A model generated the notes under the pieces. That model had not been told where the DNA came from and searched no databases. It saw only the letters and a program-made list of their open reading frames with translations. A stretch of DNA of 64,000 nucleotides from Piedraia hortae CBS 480.64. Taxonomy: Eukaryota. Numbering within the stretch: position 1 is the stretch's first letter; every line of letters starts with the position of its first letter. The DNA lies in assembly GCA_010093745.1 (NCBI GenBank), contig MU005968.1:186001-250000 (forward strand). The letters run 5' to 3'. The position numbers were made by a program, and so were the translations under genes. Positions 13,360-26,565 of the stretch are shown here, piece by piece.

Positions 13360-15580
13360 GTCTGTTGTTTTGAAAGTAGGTGCGTGCCTTGCGGAGGCAG
13401 AGGAGTGCTTTGGCCGCAGCCTGGGCTTGTTGTACTTTTGCTTCGGCGCTGACAGGTGGATTACGCGGCTTCGTACCTACCCTGCCGATCCAGGACGTTA
13501 ACCTGTTACGGTCGCGGACGTAGCCTGTTGTGTGTATTGGCGGCGGAGGCGATGAGAGGTATTTCCGTCTTAGACTAAGCAGTTTATTCGCCTCTTCCGG
13601 CTCTTCTATGAGATTTCTCCAGATCTTATTGGTGTGGTGGATGTAGTGTTCTAGTGGCAAGTGGTTACTTCGTTGAGCCATCTGGTTCAGAGGCCGAGCA
13701 GAAACACCTGGTCCAAAGAGGATCCATAGCCTTAATACTACGGCTCGACGAAGGGCAACAGTATCAGTCTGCAAGCCATAGTCCTGTAATCGATGTAGGA
13801 GGACAATGCCCTGCGTCCAGAGAGGTTCTTCCTCCATGGGTCGCAAAAGATTTTTCCCAACCGCGTCTTTGAACCCCCATGTAAATATAGCTTGCTGCAT
13901 TTTGGTGTCAAGAATCTTGAGCAAAGGACTCGACTCGTTCAGCAATCCATCTTCATCTTTGAAGCGTGCAGTAGAGTATCGATCCGCAAGCCATAGAACA
14001 AGTTTCTCTAGATTCGCCCATCGATGACACATTCCATGACGTTTGAGCAACTCCTGCCACCACTGTGGGCTCACGATTCGACTATGCTCTTCGGCGTAGA
14101 CTGCTACCTGTGTGACAAAGTCCAGGGAGTCAAACGGCTTCTCTCCCTTCCGCAAAGGGGCAGGTCGCATGCGTGAACGGCGGCCAGGTAATACGTAACA
14201 GTGGAGGAAGCGTAGTGTTTTTCGGGTTACTTTTGCCTTTTCCTCTTGCATAGTTTGTACTGACTTGACGGCCGCAGACCAGTCATGGTTCTGCAGATGG
14301 TGCTGTAACATCCTATTCCAGGCTCGCGCCCGTGAGTCTGCCCCTGCAGCGGAGAGTGCCCAAAATGGGAGCTGTGCTTTCGTAAGGTCTCCTGCTTCAA
14401 GCAAGGACTGGAGCTTTTCTTCTTGAAAAGTCACGTCTTCGAATGAATCCAGAGAATCGTCAGTAGATAACAGAGCAGCAAAGACTTGATCCTGTTTCTC
14501 TTTGGCAAGATTCTGTAGTAATCTGGAAAAAGTGGAGTCTATTATGGAAATTCCGGAAGCTTTCACCTCATCTAAATGGGCTAGAAAGTCAGATGGCGAA
14601 TCAGCCCGAAGAGCCATTTCGCGGAGTGCGAGAGGCCCTATGCTTTGTATTCCCAACATGCTTAAGCTGCCGACAGTGAGCTCGATGGGAAATGCCTTGG
14701 TGGCAAACATTCGAGCAACGAAGCCGTCACTCAGAGTCTTGGGCCGGATGCTGTGTACTGCACCAAAAACTTCGGACATGGTAGCCCTATTGACAGGAAC
14801 TGATATCCCGGACAGCTCCTGAACTTTACTTTGGCTAAGAACTTCAGCCGAAGGGCCATCATTGTGGTGACGAAAGAAGTTATGCAGAGAGTGTGCAGTG
14901 GACCACTCGTCGGCATCTAGAAGAAGCGGGATGCAACTGTCGTATAGCTTTCGATCTTTCTGTTTTTTGTAAATTTGGAAGAACGCCTTGAGAGCTTTCC
15001 GCGGTGCAACCGAACGGGCGACGTCTAGGACGATGTTCTTTAGAGCATCTTCACGGGCAAGTCGGTCGGCTAGAAGTGTCTCATGCCATTTGAGAGCCTC
15101 GCAAGTCAAACCTCTCCGCATCAACGTTCCCACAATCGACTTATAAAGACCCGAGTATTGCTTCCCTGTCTGACGGAACGCCTCCAATGCAAAGCTTCGG
15201 AGCTTGTCAAGTCCGTCATTTTCAACAGCAGCATGGACTATAGCTGGCCAGAGAGTGTCTGCCTCCTCTCCCTCGGTTGGAATCAAAACGCCCCTTCGAC
15301 GCAGACCCTCCCAAACCCGAAACACTCCTTTGTGCCCATCAATGCGCTGCCGGAACTGCAACAAAGTTATCCACAGTTTTGTGTCATTACGATACTTGAG
15401 CTGATCAACCAGTCTTGTCCGATTGTGGATAGTCTTCCCATCGACATCTGCCTCGAACGTGAGATCTTCAAACGTCGTAATCTCTGGTGCCCTTATAGTA
15501 GCTGTCACAGTGAACGTCCTTCTTTTCAATGGTGTCCATCCTGTCCTAGACCAAAGACATCGTTTCCAGACTGCCATCAT
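13289..15580 (-). CDS. Pentatricopeptide-repeat (PPR)-like, probably mitochondrial RNA-binding protein
   Basis: 763-aa ORF with a basic N-terminal presequence-like segment and helical repeats (AWNRMLQHHL..HDWSAAV, WQELLKRHGMCHRWANLEKLVLWL). It also has LSDGFVARMFATKAF, typical of this fungal family. The extreme C-terminus is uncertain. Confidence 0.72.
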   Translation of the reverse strand: MMAVWKRCLWSRTGWTPLKRRTFTVTATIRAPEITTFEDLTFEADVDGKTIHNRTRLVDQLKYRNDTKLWITLLQFRQRIDGHKGVFRVWEGLRRRGVLIPTEGEEADTLWPAIVHAAVENDGLDKLRSFALEAFRQTGKQYSGLYKSIVGTLMRRGLTCEALKWHETLLADRLAREDALKNIVLDVARSVAPRKALKAFFQIYKKQKDRKLYDSCIPLLLDADEWSTAHSLHNFFRHHNDGPSAEVLSQSKVQELSGISVPVNRATMSEVFGAVHSIRPKTLSDGFVARMFATKAFPIELTVGSLSMLGIQSIGPLALREMALRADSPSDFLAHLDEVKASGISIIDSTFSRLLQNLAKEKQDQVFAALLSTDDSLDSFEDVTFQEEKLQSLLEAGDLTKAQLPFWALSAAGADSRARAWNRMLQHHLQNHDWSAAVKSVQTMQEEKAKVTRKTLRFLHCYVLPGRRSRMRPAPLRKGEKPFDSLDFVTQVAVYAEEHSRIVSPQWWQELLKRHGMCHRWANLEKLVLWLADRYSTARFKDEDGLLNESSPLLKILDTKMQQAIFTWGFKDAVGKNLLRPMEEEPLWTQGIVLLHRLQDYGLQTDTVALRRAVVLRLWILFGPGVSARPLNQMAQRSNHLPLEHYIHHTNKIWRNLIEEPEEANKLLSLRRKYLSSPPPPIHTTGYVRDRNRLTSWIGRVGTKPRNPPVSAEAKVQQAQAAAKALLCLRKARTYFQNNRLNSPPWHQSPSAHLSSSCPRPNP

Positions 15581-15722
15581 CTATCCTGACTGGCCATTGC
15601 GCTTCAAAGTGATATTGGAGAGTCACATGATGTGATATCTCGGCCCGTTCCGCGCGACATCCGCTGCCGAATCGAACTTCACCTTCAGCAACCACCAGTC
15701 CAGCAAGCACACAGAAGCAAAG

Positions 15723-16117
15723 ATGCGAACGACAGTTATGCGCAGTGCCGGGTATGCGCGTCACTTTCACGGAACATCCTCGAAGTCTAACAGTTTTGAT
15801 CGTAGGATGAAATTCCCAGGCCTCTACCGCCCGAACCGCGTCCCCGAATGGCAGCGTCTTTTCCAGAACCACGACGGCGTCCGGCAATGGAACAAGGGAC
15901 CGCGCGCGAAGATGATGCTCTACCCGTACTATGCGCTCATGATTACTACTTCTGGTGGTATGTGCAGCCGCCGAAGGGGGGAGGGAGGAGGGAATGGTCT
16001 GCCAGGCGCTTTGTCCTGCTACACTCCCTCCTGAGATTGTAATGACATCCGCTAACCTTCCCAGCTGTAACCTACATGATGTGCCGAATGGTACTGGGCC
16101 ACAAGACGTGGTACTAA
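15723..16117 (+). CDS. cox7: Cytochrome c oxidase subunit VII (fungal Cox7); intron 15958..16064, plus a probable in-frame intron starting at 15752
   Basis: Spliced product ...GLYRPNRVPEWQRLFQNHDGVRQWNKGPRAKMMLYPYYALMITTSGAVTYMMCRMVLGHKTWY*, matching the filamentous-ascomycete Cox7 pattern. Exact start uncertain. Confidence 0.85.
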
Positions 16118-16603
16118 GCGTCTACTCGATAACTAGCTGAGCTTTCTTTGTACGCCGTCTGCTGTTTATACTTCACCATCTGCTCCCATTTCCAGCAGTA
16201 TAAATGTAAACCGGATCTAGCCCGGTCGTTGATAGTATACACTCTTTGATTCCACACTCCTCACCCAAGACTCATCCCCAATGCACAGCATTTGACCAAG
16301 TCAAACCCACCAAACACCTACTCAACACAAACAGCTCAATGGCTACCTCATCAACCTCCCCATCTCCACGCGGCGAACACTCAACATCATCCCCTTCGCT
16401 AAACCCACCACCCCCATCCACGAGATCCGCCATAAACAGCTTCCACCCCTTCCCAATCCAACATGGTCTACCCCTAGGGAAGGTCATTTTCTCCCTCAAC
16501 ACCTAACAAATCCCCAACCAGAGTTATGAGAACAGAAAAACTTACCCATCCAAGCACAGAGATGCGCCGCGGCCGCGTGTATCTTGGAAGAGGTGAAGTA
16601 GAA

Positions 16604-19171
16604 CTAAGATTTAAGAGCAGCCCCTCGGAAGATAGATATACCTTGGACGAAATCTCGGTTCCATACCACACCTTCATCGATTCTCTGCATAACGGATAGA
16701 GGTGGTCTATCACTATTATGCATGAAGAAGCTACAGCCGAGCGTTAACCCCCCTCTCAGAGTCTTACGGGGTCGGGGACGGACCATCTCACGGTCCAAGC
16801 TTCCCTCGGGGAGGGATGGGGTGGTAACACTCACTCCCAGTGTCGAGTAGTGGGAGGAAATGAGACTACGATAGCTTTCCTGCGCTGGTGGGGGGAGAGA
16901 TTCGTTTACTGGCAGAATTTACTTTTGGAGTCTTGCTAGTTTTAGGGGTGGGCGGATTATTTGTAAATTTTCTGGTGGGATGGTTGAAAGGAATGCTAGC
17001 AATGTGTATCATAGCTAGGCGGCAAGGGGTCAAATACTTATCCAAGAGGTTTTTTACATCCGCTGCCCCGCAGAAGTTAGTCGGAGTAATTCCAGCGGAC
17101 CGACTTCGCTTTCGACGGTGTCGTCTCTTTTTCTTCTTTTGCTGTTATTGTTATTGGGGTTATTCTCTGCGTCATCGCCCTCGCTCTCCGCGCTCGAAGA
17201 TCGCGGCCTTTTAATCGGTACTGCAGCCTCCGACGACGGAGAGGCACTGCCCGATTCGCTGCCAGCTTCTCTAACTTCTGCCGGCTTGGGATTAGCTATA
17301 CCATTCTGGACTTGGTTATCCCTAGTTCGGGACACTTCTGACCTGATACGAATTAGTCAGGAATTCCATACTAGATGCAATAAAACTCACTTAACAAGAA
17401 TATCCTCCATCCCCATGTTTGGATGTTTCCGTCGAATATGTGCTTTGAAGTTATCCCTTCGCGGCCAGAATTTTGGTTGGTGCCCGACGTTTGGGGGACA
17501 GGCTGCACAAATGAATCCATTCAGAGGACCTGCTAAAGGACGTAGTCGATGGACGGAGAACCGATGTCGTTCGAGGTCGTTGCGCGTGGCAAATCCGCTC
17601 GTTCGTGAACAGTCGGGTTCGTCGCATTTGAAAGGTTTCATGTGCTGTAGTTCGTGCTTTTGTGCCTCTGAACGGTTCTTAGACTCCTTGCCGCATTGTG
17701 GACAGCGGTGGAAAATTTGTCGGGTGGGTTTTGGCCGTGGTGGGCTGTTATGTGGCGGTAGTGGCATGCGGCCGCTGATGTATTGGTTGACTGGCATTGG
17801 ATTGAATTGGACCTGTGGGGGATGTTGGGTATGTGCTAATGGATGGTGATTTGGGTGTTCAAAGGAATGTGGCATGGGGTGTGGTTGTGACTGTGGGTGT
17901 GGATGTGGATGTGGCTGGGGATGGGGATGTGGCTGAGGAAGTGGTTGCGGATGTGATTGTGGATGTTGTTGTGGATGTGGCTGTGCGTGGTCAAAAGGAC
18001 GCCCCATGGGAGGAGGTTCATACACCCGCTGTTGATGCTGTGGGATGATTTGTGGTGGAGGTTGTTCAGATGGATGTCGGGGAGGTTGCTCTGGAGCCTG
18101 ACACGGCGAATCCATCTGCATCCGCCCTCGAGCCTGGGCCGGCGGTGGCATCTCTGCTGGCCGCCAGCGAGCGTTAAAATCCGAGGTCAGCTGCTCCTGT
18201 TCTGGGGTATAATTAGACGGCGGAGGGTATATCACCCTGTACTGGGCAGGTTCCGGCAGAGGTGGCCGGGCATCGGGCCAGAGGTACGAAGGCGCCAGCA
18301 GCTCCGACAGGAACGGATCGCTGATGCCAGCCTGAGTAAGACTAAAACCGTTGGATACTTCCTTCCACGTCGCCTCCCAGTCCCACGACCGCTTCTCATC
18401 CGGATAGTCCTGGTACACCCACAGCCGCTCCAGCATATTTTCAATCACGTCCATGGCGCGCGTTGGAACCGTTCTTCTGACATCACTGATGATATCCAAC
18501 ACCGCCCGTCGCTGTTCTTTCATAAACGATGCGAATCCCAGCAGCACCAACGGCGTCAAGAGCCCCAGCTGGGCGGGAGCCGGCTGCTGGAAGAGCACTG
18601 CCCGCAGGGACTGGATGCCCTCGTGCACCGTCTGGCTAAAGACGAGACTGCTGCGTGACGGCTGAATGGTCCTGTGGAAGAATAGCCAAGTTACTTGCTT
18701 GAACAGCGCCGCCATGGCACCGGCGGGGCTGCCCGGCGTGTTGATTATCTCCGTTGCTCGCAGCGCATTCTCGATGCCGAAGCTGTCGTTTATCACCACG
18801 TGGTCCCGCCACTCGCCCATCTTTGCCCGGCTCTCATGGATGTACGCCCGCAAATGCCACGTCTGCGCGAAGATGTCGACGAGTCCTGGCGCATACATGG
18901 TGAAGTTCACCTGCCCAGTGAACCGTTGCGGCTCGACAAACAGCGGCCGACATCGCACCTGTTCAGGCGCGAGGTAGACAAACGACAAGCGCCGCACAGG
19001 CAACGTGGCCGGCGCGGCGTGGTCAACGAACTCGGGGGCCAACGGTACATCGGGCCTCTGTTGCGTCGCCGGCGCAAGTAGCGGTGGGCGCGCTACAATG
19101 CGCGACGTGTTCTTCTTGCGTCTCTTATGCAGATTATCTCCGTCGTGGCTTGGGGAGGTATCCGCTGCCAT
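16604..19171 (-). CDS. C2H2 zinc-finger transcription factor with an N-terminal fungal-specific TF-like domain; multi-exon 3' end (introns near 17342-17390, 17062-17100 and 16973-17038), last exon uncertain (may extend to about 16272)
   Basis: Zinc fingers HRCPQC...HELQH, KPFKCDEPDC..GFATRNDLERHRFSVH and FICAAC...WPRRDNFKAHIRRKH. N-terminal helical domain (LLTPLVLLGFASF...LERLW...WDW) and a Pro/His/Gln repeat linker. The ORF runs into a gtgagt donor. Confidence 0.75.
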
Positions 19172-21210
19172 GGATGATATAAGCCTCGGCCGCCATCAAG
19201 CTTAAGAAGCCGCCCTTGATCGCTTTCCCAGGCAGTCAAGCTCGTCTATTTTGGTCTAGCGTCCCCGCCTTGGGCTGGTGGGGTTGCCTTCGCGCGCTCG
19301 TTGGCCAATCACGGCCCCCGATTGCTGCAGCCTTAGATCAACCGCCGACCCCAGAACGTCATCTGACACTCACATGCCGATGATGGGCTGTCATTCGCCA
19401 GTCTCCCATGTCTCCCCCTCATACCCCCCATGTTTCCAATCTTCGTCCGATACTTTATGCGCGCTAGCCTGATGTTGCGGCCCGAGATGGTTCTACCCCT
19501 CTCTTTCAGCCTGCATTCTGCAGGACTCATGCCTAATGCCACCCCGCCTCTTGACGAATCACAAGGTGCAGGCAATCAAGCATGCTGACCGGCTGAATTC
19601 TGCAGTACTGTATTTTGACACTTCTTTCCACCTTGAATCGCCCCCATCGAAGATCCTATCGCTTATCGACGTTCAGAAGAATCCTTTGCAAAGTCGTAAT
19701 AAGTTAAGCTTCAAGCCAAGGCGACAACGCCACCTCATCGTTCGGGTGACTTGCTCAGCTGCGAATCCCATCACGAAAACTTGGCAGATAACAAGCGCGA
19801 GGCTCGATTAGGCAGTCCGTCGGGCGCCTAATCCTTGTACAGGGCTTGGACATCTGTGCGAATGACTCATGCGGCTTTCCAACGGCTTTCCGTCTTTGGT
19901 CTGTGTGACGTGCCACAGTAGCCGCCTTGCGCTCTGTGTATGCAAGTCTTACAAGCGCTCATACTTTATTAACCAGGTTATATACTGTGCTGACTGAAGA
20001 TGGACAGCGATGGCTGGTATGTGTATCTACCTAGCCGTATTATCGCTTGGGCAGGTCACTGCCTCAAACAGTTATTTTCTGGCACTATAGCATCGTATTG
20101 AAGCATGTAACTATTCAAATAACAACCGAGTAAATATTGAAAGTATTAAGCAAGCTACTTTGCGAGAAGCGTCTAAGCAAACCTAAAAACGTGCCAGTAA
20201 GGCTTTGTCGGCAAGAGCCGTGGAACGGTGCATTCTCCCAAACAGGTGTTGCGTCTGTTCCAAGCGTTGCACACAGTACATCCCAGGACTGATTGCAGTT
20301 ACGATGGAAAGTGGGTGCAATGGGTGAGCCCAAGGATGAACGGAAGCAGCTTCCATCAAAACATTGTACACTCAACGGCCTTCCAAGGTGGGAAGAGAAG
20401 AACCCAGCAACGCTGCCTCACTAGTCCGGTACGACAGAGAATAACGAACAATGTGGCTCAATCATCAAGCTGCAACCACGAACAGCCCTGACCACAGGAA
20501 CAGGAAATATGAACCATGACAAGGTAAAAAGACCACCTCGTCAGCACCTCGAAACTACAAAGCATCCAGACCGTGCAAGCACGCAGCGGTCAAGATGTAC
20601 AATAGGTTACCGTCAGCCATGAAGCCATGCAGCTTAAATTTCCAATGCACAAGTGCGCCATAGGTCGCTATCATGATTGCTGTCAAAAGACCCTTCAAAG
20701 CCGCACCAAGGACTTCCATGTGATGTTTGAACGTTGCACTTCCAAGGACATAGCCTATCATTCCCAGAGCCACAGAATTTGAGACATGAGACATTCATTA
20801 AACAACCCCACAAGCAACGCAAAGCAGCCAAACGCCTCCAATCCAATCCACAATCCATCCACAGCCGGCATTTCTACACTGCTAACCCCCGTGCAACTCA
20901 CAGCAACTGTCACCATTTCTTGCATCAAGTTGTGGCAATCGTAGAAAACAACTCGCGACATGTCGCAGACATGAAAACCGCTGCGAATGAACAGGATTTT
21001 GGTATCTCCCGAAGCGTAACTATGTGAATCAGCCCAAGAGGTTTGGCAAGCCTTCGGAATTATGTAAAAGCCTGAACAAGATCAGTTGCTTGAATTTAAC
21101 CGATCATAAAGTAACAAGTTGATACAATTTGTTCGGGGGGTTGCGAGTTGCTGCTCGTTACCGGAAGGGAGAGGAAGGGGGGGGAGGCTGGCTATGCAGC
21201 CACAACTATC

Positions 21211-22364
21211 TCAGCGACCATCAAACTGCGCTGCTGGAACAGCTTTGATGCAGTGCAGATGATCCAACCGTGGAGTATACGAAGTTGACGCTACTCCGCG
21301 CGAAATGGTTCTGTCTCTTTTCAGTGTGATAGCGTATTGGGCAGACTGAAAGACAAAGTAGAGTCCTGGCAGCACGTCCAACTCTACTGCGCTCCATTGC
21401 CATGTCTTCGCCCCCCAACAATATTTCGAGGCTTCCATTACAGAAACCTCACCGAGCCTTTCCCATTCCGCGATCTCCTTCCAAGTCGAAAACCGAAATA
21501 TCAACCCCCAGACCTCCCCTCTTCCATCCCCCCATTTCCACTCTTTAGCAATCACGAGCACTTTAACACCAGCTGTAAGAGTCACCTAGCCACCTAAGGT
21601 CACCACACGACCAAGCGCAGCGTCCATGAACCCTTTCCCTCTACCTTACAGGGACTTGCAACAGTAATACATCATCCCCCTCGCATCGGCGCGTCAAAAT
21701 TGAGCTCCGTGCAACCCCGAGAAGGGTTTTGGTTTCAAGTATCCCTTTAACCGCATCATGTCGAAGTTTGGGTACGGGTCGGGGACGCTAGTCTTGGTTG
21801 GGCGAGGCGGGAAAATTTCCTAAGGAGCTGCCATTCCAACTCTCGGAAAGTCGTTACAAGGATAACCATTTGTGTGCTGCTACAGGTTTGATGGACGAGG
21901 TGGAGAAAGCTGCTTTAACAGCGGGGTTTGGGTGGGGTTCTGGAAGGTTCGGGAGAATGTCAACTTTCGGTGGGGAGTGGAGGGGCCCTGGATCAGTCGA
22001 ATGTCCAGTGGAGAGAGAGATCTCGAGGAGTTCTGCTTGGGTGGTGCTTGCTGTAAGCAGGGATGGGAATGGTTCGCGGTGGGATGATGTGGTGGTGTAC
22101 ACAAGATGGCATCTTTTGTTCGGGGTGCGGTGGGAGAGAAGATGGAGGCTGGATGGGCTGTGCCCATCAACACCAGGACATGATGGAGGGTATGATTGAC
22201 GGTATGGCTTTGAGGTGCTCCAGAGTGAGGATGTCAAGTTCGATGAGGAATTGTTCGGCAAGAGGAAGGGTGGATGGGAATTTGTCATTCTCTCTGGCGT
22301 GGGAGAGTGGTTTGTAGATATGCGTAGATGACGTACGTTGCTCAATGATTCTTAATCGGTCCAT
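21211..22364 (-). pseudogene. Fragmented gene relic, unidentified
   Basis: Overlapping minus-strand ORF fragments (22167..22364, 21854..22345, 21211..21585) with coding-like composition, separated by stops or frameshifts. Confidence 0.25.
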
Positions 22365-23044
22365 CAGGTGGTGTGGCAGTGATGTTATCTTTCATCCGGT
22401 CCCAGAGCGGAGGATGCTGAGTGTCACTCTGCAAGTTCTTTAGGAAGAGGTGAAGGCAGTGAATCAAATCTTAGAGGGCCCTGAAGACTGTACGCCGAAA
22501 GCATGACGTCAATTTTTCCTCAGGGTTGTTGCATGTGGGGACGAGCTGAAATTTCATTGCGAACACCCTGGCCACGTATCAGGGAGTTGACAATGTGTCA
22601 TCTTGGTATGGAAAAAGTCACCATACTTTTGGGGTTGGCGGAAGGTCATGCAGTTCGTTGCTTTGTGGAATTGTGTGATTTTTCTGTATTGTGAAGGTGT
22701 TGAGTTGATCCTTCTTTCAGCACGTGATGCCTGGCAGTGATCTGCGGATGGAATACACCCCGAATCCTACGTGTTCATGGTCTGAGCCAATGAGCACAAT
22801 CTTCTGATCATGCTGCTTGGAGTTGAAATCCAAATCCGGGGATCTTGCACAAACCCTGTGTTGTAACGAACAAGCGCAACAGGTTTTAGAGTTTCGATGT
22901 GACAACCCATTGTCTTCGTTGGGCCGGCAACCCACTGCCCTCAGGTTTCTCCCTCCCTCGCCTAGGCCTCATGTTTCCCTGTATGCCAGTTGATGAATAT
23001 CATGAAAGCGCGTTTCTGGCGAAACAGTACAACGATGACCTGTC

Positions 23045-24577
23045 ATGTCCGCTGCAAATTCAAAATGGAACAATTGCAACAAGGACGTAGCTCGCAGTAT
23101 TGTGGTACTGAAAATAACAATGACTCTGCCCACCTCCGAGAGCTTTTGTTGGCTGGACTCAGATTACTCTAAATATTTCTTTCTTCCCAGATCTCAGACT
23201 CTTCCTTCTCAACCCTCTTTTTTCTTCCAATCTCCGAGTCTAACTTGCATAGACCTCTACACTCGAACTGCCAAGGTATGCGAACACTTACGTGAACATC
23301 GCCCTTCCCCAGTTTTTGATTTACGGTTATTATTTGGGACCGGACCGCCCCGTGACTACTGCCCGAGCGCAAAGATCCTTCAAGGAGCGACTGTCTATAC
23401 CTGTCCAAGCTTTCAAAGGGCCATTTATCTTGTGCTGGGAGCTGTTTTCCTTAGAAGAGCGGGGGTGACATCAAACATCAAATCGCGTCACGGTTTCATT
23501 TCCACAAAGATGCATTCATCCACCCGGGCAAAAAATGCGTCACGACAGGTGACGCGCGTAAAGAACCGCCCTCCCCAGGCATCGCCAAGGGCGAAAAGAC
23601 ATCGCGGTGAGAAGATCAAGTCTGCCATCCAAAAATCAATAAACTCAAGGAATTCATACAACAAGTCCAATCGCAGCAGGGATATGGAAGGCGTAAAGCT
23701 GCCATCGTGTTCTTTGGAGCCCTCCGCCTGTGCACAGCAAATGTGGGAATGGTTGGAGAATCCGCAGGCAGCAGCCGATCCGTGCTTTATGAAAGCACAA
23801 TATGAATATGTCGACCCACACTGGCTTGACTCCGAAGCACCGGTGGTGACCGCACCCTCGTCAGGGCTTTTATACGATGCACAGGACCAGAAAAAAGCAC
23901 AGTTCCAGCGAGCTGAGTTTCTTACGATGCAAGGATCAATTGACCCGCAAGTGCTTGCTCGGCAGCGCGAGTACGCTGGAAAGGACCAGAAACTGCACTA
24001 CGCTAAAAACATGGCTTCAAAGGGCATACCAGAAATTTACATCACTCCACCCACTCCCAAAATAGGCCCAAAGCGCGATCCATATTTTCTATCCACAATT
24101 AACCTCGGCACTGCCTCGTTCCCATATAACCTTAAGAAAAACGAGCATCTGAAAAGCACCGCTTATGATTCGGTGAGCCCAGATAAGCAGTTCCAGCTAA
24201 AGTACTCTTGCGTCCGCTGCAACCTGCAAGGCTCTCTCCCTCCGGGGGTAACAGCTGATTCTACGCAGAATCTTTACTGCGACAAGTGCGGAGGATATGT
24301 GGATTGCCAAGTCATCACCTACAAACCGCTTCGGCGTAAAATCCCAATACACAGGCTACGCGGATCGGAGCGTGAGAGGCCAGCAAAGCGTTGCAAACTC
24401 TATCAGTTTACGGATCACTTGACGGTTCCCGGTGCAGAAGGCTCTGAGAAGCTGCGCAAGCTCTCCGACGGCAAGGGTGAGATGGTCTGGGGAGGGGATT
24501 ACGTTCCTGCTGATCCCGAGAGAAGGCTCGATGGTATGCTGGTAGCGGATTTGATGGGGCGTACGAAAGCTGGGTGA
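23045..24577 (+). CDS. Hypothetical basic protein with a putative Zn ribbon (real start possibly the later MHSSTRAK Met)
   Basis: 510-codon uninterrupted ORF with a Lys/Arg-rich region and YSCVRC...LYCDKC. No recognised family. Confidence 0.5.
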   Translation: MSAANSKWNNCNKDVARSIVVLKITMTLPTSESFCWLDSDYSKYFFLPRSQTLPSQPSFFFQSPSLTCIDLYTRTAKVCEHLREHRPSPVFDLRLLFGTGPPRDYCPSAKILQGATVYTCPSFQRAIYLVLGAVFLRRAGVTSNIKSRHGFISTKMHSSTRAKNASRQVTRVKNRPPQASPRAKRHRGEKIKSAIQKSINSRNSYNKSNRSRDMEGVKLPSCSLEPSACAQQMWEWLENPQAAADPCFMKAQYEYVDPHWLDSEAPVVTAPSSGLLYDAQDQKKAQFQRAEFLTMQGSIDPQVLARQREYAGKDQKLHYAKNMASKGIPEIYITPPTPKIGPKRDPYFLSTINLGTASFPYNLKKNEHLKSTAYDSVSPDKQFQLKYSCVRCNLQGSLPPGVTADSTQNLYCDKCGGYVDCQVITYKPLRRKIPIHRLRGSERERPAKRCKLYQFTDHLTVPGAEGSEKLRKLSDGKGEMVWGGDYVPADPERRLDGMLVADLMGRTKAG

Positions 24578-26565
24578 ACAGCGATTACTATGCTGATGAC
24601 TAAGTCCGAGGTGAAAACACTTCTCTTTAGCTAGAATGTGTAGTGTATACCATGTGAAATCTTTAGATGTAGATGCCCCATGTCAATGTATCAGGCCTGC
24701 GAGGAAAACCGATGCGTTGATTCCTAGAGCATTTGGCAATGGTTGAAGGTGTTGGCTACGCCTCATTGATTCCATCCGTTTTGTATCTAAAGATGAGTGT
24801 CGTTACCGCACGCTGCATTCCGAGGCAGGAATAAAGAAGTGCTTTGTTTCTCTGCTGTAGAGATGCAAGCCATGCTTGAACACAATGACCTGTGGTCAAC
24901 ATGCCGATTGGGAAGAAAGTAATTCCCTACCCAGCCAACCATAGCGATAAACCAGAGGTGTTCAACATCTAACAGTCGTCAACTTCTGCTTCAAGTTCAA
25001 GAAGATCCTACCTGCATATGCAAGCATCATTCACACTAGAACTTGGCCTCGACGATGCATTGTCGTAACCCAATGTACCATCTAACTCACATGCACAATT
25101 GCCCCATCGATACCGAGAACTATGAACGAGCTGAGATACCGACACGTTCGTATCACATTCTCCCAACACTGAACCGACGGCATGTCGAATTCCCTCATTG
25201 ACACAACACTTCTTCCCGTAAAAAATCGAGGCAAAATTTTCCGCAGGCAATTCAACCTCAACGAAGTCGGATACTCCAGTGTCAAGAGCATGCTTCCGTG
25301 CCAATCAACTATAAGCAGCACAATTGCAGGACTGAAGTAAGGCAGCAAGGCACGAAGGATCAGAACGTTTCTTTACCCATACCAAGTGGACCCCGCCCCA
25401 CCCAGACCTCACTTTGATGTGGTTTTCTTCATCTCTACAATAACATCATAGAGGGTTCTGCCGTGGTGGGTATCGCTCCTGCATACTTCTATGGGTGCGC
25501 ATCGTGCATCACTTGCTTGTGCGGCGGCGGGTATATCAATTCCGTTGGAATTAACCTTGCAAAAAAGTTGGCGGTACTTTAAACTTTGCGCTGGGAAGCG
25601 CTGTATGATTTCAACTACGCTTCGCCACTGCGCTGGTGGAGTGCAAGGGCAACCGAAATCCTTGAGCAAATAAGAGATGTGGTGGGCGAAACATTGTAAC
25701 CATACTTTGGCAACGTCGGACTGGACATTGAAGAACTTGGCTATTACAGTTCACGGCAGCCAAGAATTAGTGCACGGAGTTGCTGCCCATTCACGGTCCT
25801 GACGCGATTGCACTAGGGGAAGCAACCACGGTCAGAAGCGGATTGTACATATGGAAGTTTTGAACTGGCATAATCATTCTTTGCCTAAGATGGGCTTCCT
25901 CCATTATACCACAGTCATCAAGGCCATGATTGCGGCATTCACCAAATACATGATTGATGAGCATTCGTGGCACATTCGTGGATATGCCACCTGGGCTAAC
26001 GAAGCCTCCGACAACTCGTAGGGTGATGTGACACCTTGCATCAGTGAATAAACCCATGATTCCTGCGGAAGGGGCCAATTCACCTCCCGCCTGATGCATG
26101 GTTTCAGCAATGGTCGGGACATTGGCCTCGGCATCGATCGGAGACAACACCGATTCCTTGGCCATCTTGGTGTTCAACGTTGGATTTCAATACCATCGGA
26201 GCCAGTCGTGATGTTCTAGCCGCCGCTCCGAAGGGAGGTTCCACTGGTAACAGACCGCCGACTCTAGCAACAAACGCCGTGTCAGCGGCATTCGGCGGCG
26301 ACAGTCATGATCTGTCGACCCATATTTTCAGCAAGAACACGGGCCCGGCATCACTTGGGAACGAAGCCGATTTCTTGGCCATCTTGACTTTTGTCATTAC
26401 AGCTGATCACCATCGAAGGAAGCTCGGACATGTTCGCCGCTGCTTCGGAGGGGAGTTCTGATGGCGGTACAACACTCACTTTCCATGATGACTTCACGGG
26501 TGGCTCTATACATGTTATTGACGAGGGAGTGCACCAATCTCCGATCGCTCAGCCTGATGATGTGG

